Shown here: in pieces, positions 58,237 through 64,000 of the stretch | Layout: each line of letters opens with the position of its first letter | Position numbering within the stretch: position 1 is the first letter of the stretch | From: Cellvibrionaceae bacterium | Lineage (GTDB): Bacteria > Pseudomonadota > Gammaproteobacteria > Pseudomonadales > JAILXX01 | DNA length: 64,000 nucleotides | Reading direction: 5' to 3' | Assembly (NCBI GenBank): GCA_045430295.1 | Contig: JAILXX010000003.1 | Span: forward strand, 213,383 to 277,382 | Notes under the pieces: generated by a model | What the model saw: the letters and a program-made list of their open reading frames with translations, nothing else | What the model was told of the DNA's origin: nothing | Databases searched by the model: none | Program-made: the position numbers and the translations under genes

Positions 58237-58854
58237 TTATTGGGCTCCGTCTTTAGGAGCTGATATTGAAGTTGGCTCGGGGGTTGGTTTTTGTTCGTGC
58301 AGTTGTTCGTTTTGGGCTTCTGGTTTTTGCTTAGTGTTAATGGAGGGAGGGATAACCACAGTAACGCGACCACTTTGTTGGGCGTTGTCATCTTGGCTTC
58401 CGCTATCCGCTTTCACTACGGCATTGGCAACATCATAAGCGATACGGGCACCAGAAATGACAGCGCCTTCTTGGGTAACTGAGGCGTTAGTGATGAGGTG
58501 AAGAATTTCATCCGCTAAGTTGTACTTGAGAGTATTTGCAGTGGCGACGACAGGGTCTTTGTCTATCTGAGGTTGTTGCTGGTAATGAGCGGGTTTCCCT
58601 TCTGCGGTGAGTTTTTCTGCTTTGCCGTCGGCGCTTTCGATGATTACTTTGTCCGCTTGTATTTGGATACTACCTTGCTGAATGCTCACATTTCCGGTGT
58701 AGACCGTTTGCCCTTTTTTCTCATCGATACGAGCGTGATCCGCTTGAATCTTGATGGGTTGTAAATTGTCTCCAGGCAGGGCTTTCACTGAAATCGGAAA
58801 AACTGCGGTTAACGATATAACCACAGAAAGAAGGAAGACAATTTTATTGAACAC
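58237..58854 (-). CDS. lptA: LPS transport periplasmic protein LptA
   Basis: I prefer the GTG at 58854, which gives a signal peptide [24 protein letters not shown] and overlaps the lptC stop by 11 nt. An in-frame ATG at 58911 is the alternative. The OstA-like core (IKIQADHA..) is followed by a Gln/Pro/Glu-rich tail. Confidence 0.8.
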   Translation of the reverse strand: MFNKIVFLLSVVISLTAVFPISVKALPGDNLQPIKIQADHARIDEKKGQTVYTGNVSIQQGSIQIQADKVIIESADGKAEKLTAEGKPAHYQQQPQIDKDPVVATANTLKYNLADEILHLITNASVTQEGAVISGARIAYDVANAVVKADSGSQDDNAQQSGRVTVVIPPSINTKQKPEAQNEQLHEQKPTPEPTSISAPKDGAQ

Positions 58855-59449
58855 GGTGTTCGCCTTGCACTCGGGAAAGTAATTCAATTTGCTGCTGTGA
58901 AAGATTTGCATGTAGCCCTACAGAGTCAACCTTGTTGTCTGGTGTACGGATCGTAACAGCTTTTTTAGTGGTGGCAACTTTGCTTTTGGGTTTTAGGGTG
59001 AGTTGTGAGGTGGTGATTTCTGTTTCGGGGCGCTGATTTTGAGGTTGGGTGTTGTATGTGTCGTAGTGCTTACTGCTTGTGAACTGTTGTAATTTAACTT
59101 TGCCGTGTAAGCGAATGATGTTGCCATTTTGAATGGCTTCACCTTGATGAGCTTCACTGTACCAAAGACTTCCGTCTTCTCGAGTAATCAACATTTTAGG
59201 GTGCTCGAGTTCTGTTTTTGCTTCACGCTTATAGTGAAAACTATTGTCTGCAGTGAGGGTATGGTTAAGCTCACCGTTCTCATTATAAGTGTGTGCAGAA
59301 ATGGATTTGATATAAAAATCCGGTGGGGACTTTTGTTTCTGTGAGGTGATTTGATCTTTCTTTAACAGTCGTTGAGGAGGGGAGTCCCAAAGAAATAGGG
59401 CTCCCAGAGTGAGTATTAAAACAGTTGTTAAGGTGACGAGGTTTTTCAC
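58844..59449 (-). CDS. lptC: LPS export protein LptC
   Basis: The 201-aa ORF has an N-terminal TM anchor. Its position between kdsC and lptA is conserved. Confidence 0.8.
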   Translation of the reverse strand: MKNLVTLTTVLILTLGALFLWDSPPQRLLKKDQITSQKQKSPPDFYIKSISAHTYNENGELNHTLTADNSFHYKREAKTELEHPKMLITREDGSLWYSEAHQGEAIQNGNIIRLHGKVKLQQFTSSKHYDTYNTQPQNQRPETEITTSQLTLKPKSKVATTKKAVTIRTPDNKVDSVGLHANLSQQQIELLSRVQGEHRVQ

Positions 59450-59498
59450 AGTATTTAGTGGGTCTCAGTGTCTGTTGGTGAAGCTGTAACCGTAACGA

Positions 59499-60059
59499 TT
59501 ATAAGTACGCCTCAATGGCAGTATCGTAATTGCCCTGGGCTTTTAATATAAAATCACAGGCTTCGCGAACCGCACCTTCGCCACCCTTGCGCTCACTTTG
59601 CCAGTGGGCGTTGTTTTGTACTTCGGTGTGGCCATTAGGCACGGTTAACCCTAGGCCAACTCTGCGAATAACTGGTAGATCCGGTAGATCATCACCCATA
59701 AAAGCAATTTCATTTAGGGTAATGTCGTCCAGTCCTTCAGGTTTGCTTTCTAGGAGCTCGTTCAGGGCAGTGAATTTGTCTTCACGGCCCTGTACTAACA
59801 GGTTGATGCCTAGGTTATTCGCTCTACGCTCTAACAGTTGGCTGCTGCGGCCGGTGATAATGCCTACTTGTACGCCGGAGTTTTTCAGAAGCTTGATACC
59901 CATGCCATCGAGAATATTGAAGGCTTTGATTTCTTCGCCGCTATTACCGAAGTAGAGGCGGCCATCGCTGAGAATGCCGTCAACATCTAACAGTAGTAGA
60001 CGAATGTTTTTTGCTCGCTCAGTGGCGTTTTCAGTAGTATTGCTCGAAGGCTTGTTCAT
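59499..60059 (-). CDS. kdsC: KDO-8-phosphate phosphatase
   Basis: I prefer the internal ATG at 60059, which avoids overlapping kdsD. HAD motifs are LLLLDVDGILSDG and GDDLPD. Confidence 0.85.
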   Translation of the reverse strand: MNKPSSNTTENATERAKNIRLLLLDVDGILSDGRLYFGNSGEEIKAFNILDGMGIKLLKNSGVQVGIITGRSSQLLERRANNLGINLLVQGREDKFTALNELLESKPEGLDDITLNEIAFMGDDLPDLPVIRRVGLGLTVPNGHTEVQNNAHWQSERKGGEGAVREACDFILKAQGNYDTAIEAYL

Positions 60060-60087
60060 GGTGTTTCCTTGTGTCGGGCTTTCGTGG

Positions 60088-61062
60088 CTAGATAACGCCT
60101 GCCCGTAAAATATCGTGCATGTGGACCACACCAACAGGTTGGTGTTCCGGGCTTTCAACGACCAGTGCGGTAATTTTTTTCTGCTCCATCACGGCCAAGG
60201 CTTCAGCGGCTAATGTGCTTGAGGCTACAGTGAGTGGATTTTTTGTCATCACGTCAGCCATGGTGGCTTTACTGATATCGATACCACTGTCGACAATACG
60301 ACGGAGATCACCATCGGTGAAAATACCTAAGAGGCGATCGCTATCATCTACCACTGTCGTCATACCAAAACCTTTTTGGGTCATCTCAACCAGAGATGCG
60401 CTCAAGGCGGTATCGGCTTTTACCCGGGGGATTTCGGTTCCCGCGTGCATGATATCTTCTACTCTTAGCAGCAGCTTTCTACCCAGCGCGCCACCGGGGT
60501 GAGAGAAAGCAAAGTCTTCGGCGGTAAAGCCTCGGGCTTCTAGTAAGGCAATGGCCAGAGCATCTCCCATGACTAGGGTGACTGTGGTACTTGAAGTGGG
60601 GGCTAAATTAAGCGGGCAGGCCTCACTGATCACGCTGATGTCTAAATGCACGGTGGCAGCTTCCGCAAGTGGGGAACTGGCTTTTCCAGCCATGCTGATA
60701 AGCGGAATGTTTTGGCGCTTCAAAAGTGGTAACAGGGTGACCACTTCGGCAGAAGAACCAGAGTTGGAAATGCCAATGACCACATCGTCGGCGGTGATCA
60801 TTCCTAAGTCACCGTGGCTAGCTTCACCGGGATGAACGAAAAATGAAGGCGTGCCGGTACTGGCCAAGGTTGCGGCAATCTTTTTACCGATATGCCCGGA
60901 CTTGCCCATACCGGTGACAATGACACGGCCTTTGCAATTGAGGAGTATTTCACAGGCGTTAGTAAAATTTTTGTCGATGCGGTTTTCAAGGGCGCGAACG
61001 GCATCGGCTTCGATGGAGATGGTTCGTTTTCCCGCAGTAATGTAATCGCTCAAGGAGATCAC
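60088..61062 (-). CDS. kdsD: arabinose-5-phosphate isomerase
   Basis: The 324-aa ORF has a SIS domain (VIVTGMGKSGHIG) and tandem CBS domains. Confidence 0.9.
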   Translation of the reverse strand: MISLSDYITAGKRTISIEADAVRALENRIDKNFTNACEILLNCKGRVIVTGMGKSGHIGKKIAATLASTGTPSFFVHPGEASHGDLGMITADDVVIGISNSGSSAEVVTLLPLLKRQNIPLISMAGKASSPLAEAATVHLDISVISEACPLNLAPTSSTTVTLVMGDALAIALLEARGFTAEDFAFSHPGGALGRKLLLRVEDIMHAGTEIPRVKADTALSASLVEMTQKGFGMTTVVDDSDRLLGIFTDGDLRRIVDSGIDISKATMADVMTKNPLTVASSTLAAEALAVMEQKKITALVVESPEHQPVGVVHMHDILRAGVI

Positions 61063-61097
61063 CTCTGGTTAAAAATATCAGATCTTATTAAGGCTAA

Positions 61098-62093
61098 TTA
61101 GGCCGCAGTAGCTTGAGGTATCAATGCAATATAGTAGGCAATGTAGCCCAAGAGTAAAACGACTCCGATTGCTCGACCCAGTTGAGGTTGCTTTGAGCTA
61201 TGCTCGTGGCGGTTACGCATCCATGTGAATGCTATCGCGCCTATGAGTGTAAGGGTTAGTGCCATCATGGCGGTGTAGTCTCGGCTGAAGACAGCTTCAT
61301 CCATGGTGAGAGGTGAGATGATGCCTGGCAGGGACATGACAGTCAGAATATTGAATATATTGGAGCCGATAATATTGCCCAAGGCAATGTCATGGTGGCC
61401 TTTCAGTGCGCTGGCGATAGAGGCCGCAAGCTCTGGAAGGCTGGTGCCAATAGCAATCACGGTTAAGCCAATCACTAGCTGGCTTACGCCCATTTCAGTG
61501 GCGATGCTGGTGGCACCCCACACAAGGATGTCAGCACTGACTAATAATATTCCTAAGCCAATGGCAAACCAAAGCCAAGCGGTACCATTGCTCATGTCCG
61601 CAGGCAGTTCCACACCTTCTTCCTCGGGAGAAGGATGTTTGCGCTTAATATAAATCATAAGCCCCATCACTGGAGCGATAGAGGCGAGCAGGATCACGCC
61701 TTCGACAAAGCTAAGGTGTGCGTCGAAGAGGAAAACACCTGCAAGCACTGACACCAGTAAAAGAATAGGAGCTTCTTGTTTTAGTAGGTGCCCTTGAACT
61801 GGAATTGCTGCGATTAGCAGAGTAACGGCCAGCACTAAGCCCACATTGGCAATATTGGAACCGATTGCATTACCGATGGCGATATCACCAGCACCTTCGA
61901 GAGAGGCATTGGCAGACACCACAATTTCAGGGGCAGATGTACCTAGGGAAACAATGGTTAGCCCCACGATAAGACGAGAAAGCCCGGCGTGGCGAGCGAT
62001 AGCGGCACTTCCGGCCACAAAGCGATCGGCGCTCCATACTAGGCCGATAAATCCTGCAAGAATGGCAAGGCTGGCGAGTAACAGTGGATTCAT
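61098..62093 (-). CDS. yrbG: Ca2+/Na+ antiporter family protein (YrbG-like)
   Basis: The 331-aa ORF has about 10 TM helices and two alpha-repeats, GTSAPE and GTSLPE. Confidence 0.85.
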   Translation of the reverse strand: MNPLLLASLAILAGFIGLVWSADRFVAGSAAIARHAGLSRLIVGLTIVSLGTSAPEIVVSANASLEGAGDIAIGNAIGSNIANVGLVLAVTLLIAAIPVQGHLLKQEAPILLLVSVLAGVFLFDAHLSFVEGVILLASIAPVMGLMIYIKRKHPSPEEEGVELPADMSNGTAWLWFAIGLGILLVSADILVWGATSIATEMGVSQLVIGLTVIAIGTSLPELAASIASALKGHHDIALGNIIGSNIFNILTVMSLPGIISPLTMDEAVFSRDYTAMMALTLTLIGAIAFTWMRNRHEHSSKQPQLGRAIGVVLLLGYIAYYIALIPQATAA

Positions 62094-62376
62094 GGCTATC
62101 CTGGAGAGTAATTATTGGAAGTCATACGGGTGATTTAAAATTAGGGCGCAATGGTATAGTGCTGCTGATTTAATGTCAGCATTTTCAGGGGGGGAGGCGA
62201 TTTTAAATTGTGAGGCCTACCTCTGAATTTATAGTGATGGTATGAAAGGAAGCCATCCAAGTAGCTTTAAAGCTATCTGAAAAGGTAAAATGAATTCTTT
62301 TCCAGGAGGGGACTCGAATCTTGTATTGGAATATTCGCCGACCCGGAACATTTTTTGATTATGATAAGGAGCAAGA

Positions 62377-63036
62377 ATGCGTAAAGTTTTATTACAGGTA
62401 TGTTTTTTAGCCGTTTTTTGGTTGTTTTCATCAGTATCGGTTTCTGCCGAGACCGTAGATAGTTCTTTAGCGTCTTCTGTTGGAAATAAGACTGCTCACC
62501 AAGTGATCGATGAGGTCACTGTTAAGCTGATGGGCGATCTTCAGAAGAATAGTGAAGCTTATAAAGCAGATCCCACTAAGTTCCTTCCTCAGGTGGAGAG
62601 CCTTATGGACTCTGTTGTGGATTTCCCTGGGATTACTCGCGGAGTTATGGGAAAACGCTTCTACGGTAAGGCCACACCAGAGCAGCGTGAGCGCTTTATG
62701 CAAGTATTCAAGCGTAGCTTGCTGTCTACTTACGCCAAAGGCTTGGTGAGCTACAGTGATGAAAAAGTGGTGATGTTGCCCCCAGAAGGGGATAGCAATG
62801 GTAAAAAGCGTGTGAGTGTAGGCCAAGAAATCCACGGTGCTACTGATGTGTACCCCGTCTCCTACACCATGGTGCTGAATGGTGATGGCCAGTGGAAACT
62901 GCTGAATATGGTGATTAATGGCGTGAACTTGGGCAAGACCTTCCGCAACCAGTTTACGCAATCCATGCGTCGAAATGCAGGGGATATCGACAAGGTGATT
63001 GAAACCTGGGATGTAAACGCTTCTGAAGGCGTGTAA
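62377..63036 (+). CDS. mlaC: phospholipid-binding periplasmic protein MlaC (Ttg2D family)
   Basis: The 219-aa ORF has a signal peptide and the pattern GVMGKRFYGKATPEQRERFMQVFKRSLLSTYAK ... WKLLNMVINGVNLGKTFRNQF. Confidence 0.75.
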   Translation: MRKVLLQVCFLAVFWLFSSVSVSAETVDSSLASSVGNKTAHQVIDEVTVKLMGDLQKNSEAYKADPTKFLPQVESLMDSVVDFPGITRGVMGKRFYGKATPEQRERFMQVFKRSLLSTYAKGLVSYSDEKVVMLPPEGDSNGKKRVSVGQEIHGATDVYPVSYTMVLNGDGQWKLLNMVINGVNLGKTFRNQFTQSMRRNAGDIDKVIETWDVNASEGV

Positions 63037-63073
63037 TTGTCAATTTTAGATTGCACATAGCCATAAAGTAACG

Positions 63074-63113
63074 GGCCCCCAGAGCAGTGAAGCACTGTAT
63101 CTGTGGGCCTTTT
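63074..63113 (+). terminator. rho-independent terminator after mlaC
   Basis: A long imperfect hairpin, GGCCCCCAGAGCAGTG / CACTGTATCTGTGGGCC, is followed by TTTT. Confidence 0.6.
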
Positions 63114-63175
63114 GCGTATAAGATACGCAGCTTTTCGAGGCCCCTGTGGCTATCCATTCTGGCTGAGGACGTTTT

Positions 63176-63418
63176 ATGGAACCCCAAGCAGTAGAAGCGC
63201 TGTTGAAAGAGCATTTGGCAGACTGTGAAGTTAAAGTAGAAAGCGAGGGAAACCACTATAACGTGCTGGTGATCGGTAAGGTCTTTGAAGGCCTCTCAGC
63301 TGTTAAAAAGCAGCAGCTGGTGTACGGTGCGCTAAATGGCCCAATTTCTGAGGGCACCATCCACGCTGTACATATGAAAACCTTCACTCCTGAAGAGTGG
63401 CAAACCCAGCAGGGCTGA
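63176..63418 (+). CDS. ibaG: BolA-family protein IbaG
   Basis: The 80-aa ORF has the BolA-like pattern (F.G.S.VK.HQLVY..L...I...IHA) and lies directly upstream of murA, as in E. coli and Pseudomonas. Confidence 0.8.
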   Translation: MEPQAVEALLKEHLADCEVKVESEGNHYNVLVIGKVFEGLSAVKKQQLVYGALNGPISEGTIHAVHMKTFTPEEWQTQQG

Positions 63419-63498
63419 TAGTCGCTATATTCTGAACAGTAGTCGATCTCTGAGTGTGCCTTAGAGGATTGCTGAAATTGAGCCAATTCTAGAGATAA

Positions 63499-64000
<502 letters not shown>

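Overview
This 64-kb window looks like mostly core chromosome from a gammaproteobacterium, probably marine. The right half (about 40-64 kb) has Pseudomonas-like synteny: mreBCD-maf-rng-yhdP-nitrilase-like gene, then on the minus strand yjgA, mgtE, ptsO, rapZ, ptsN, hpf, rpoN, lptB, lptA, lptC, kdsC, kdsD and yrbG, then mlaC-ibaG-murA. The left half holds a truncated two-component pair, tRNA-Arg(ACG) and a 1045-aa secreted esterase with two catalytic domains. It also holds a TetR-controlled acyl-CoA ligase/crotonase/split-MaoC cluster, dusC, the Na+-pumping oxaloacetate decarboxylase genes oadGAB, class I fumarase, phhB, sbcB and pyrB. Further genes there are dinG, an M17 aminopeptidase, argF-argD, three c-di-GMP turnover genes and an orphan flagellin-like gene. 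I found no CRISPR array, IS element, transposase, integrase, prophage or recognisable multi-gene defence island, and no convincing new multi-gene protein system. The most unusual signals are non-coding. (1) A 0.84-kb ORF-free gap (37.0-37.9 kb) carries two perfect and one near-perfect DnaA box in one orientation. (2) A 0.8-kb ORF-free stretch after tRNA-Arg contains a GC-rich multi-hairpin element and a G-poor tract that reads GGA-rich on the minus strand with two minus-strand terminators, a candidate Csr/Rsm-type sRNA. (3) A REP-like palindromic element sits next to 12 perfect copies of the heptamer GTCCAAC. (4) mreC has a conserved N-terminus encoded upstream of any canonical start, with ATC where ATG is expected. 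(5) The mla locus is reduced to mlaC alone. All protein calls rest on motif recognition by eye, not on database searches.
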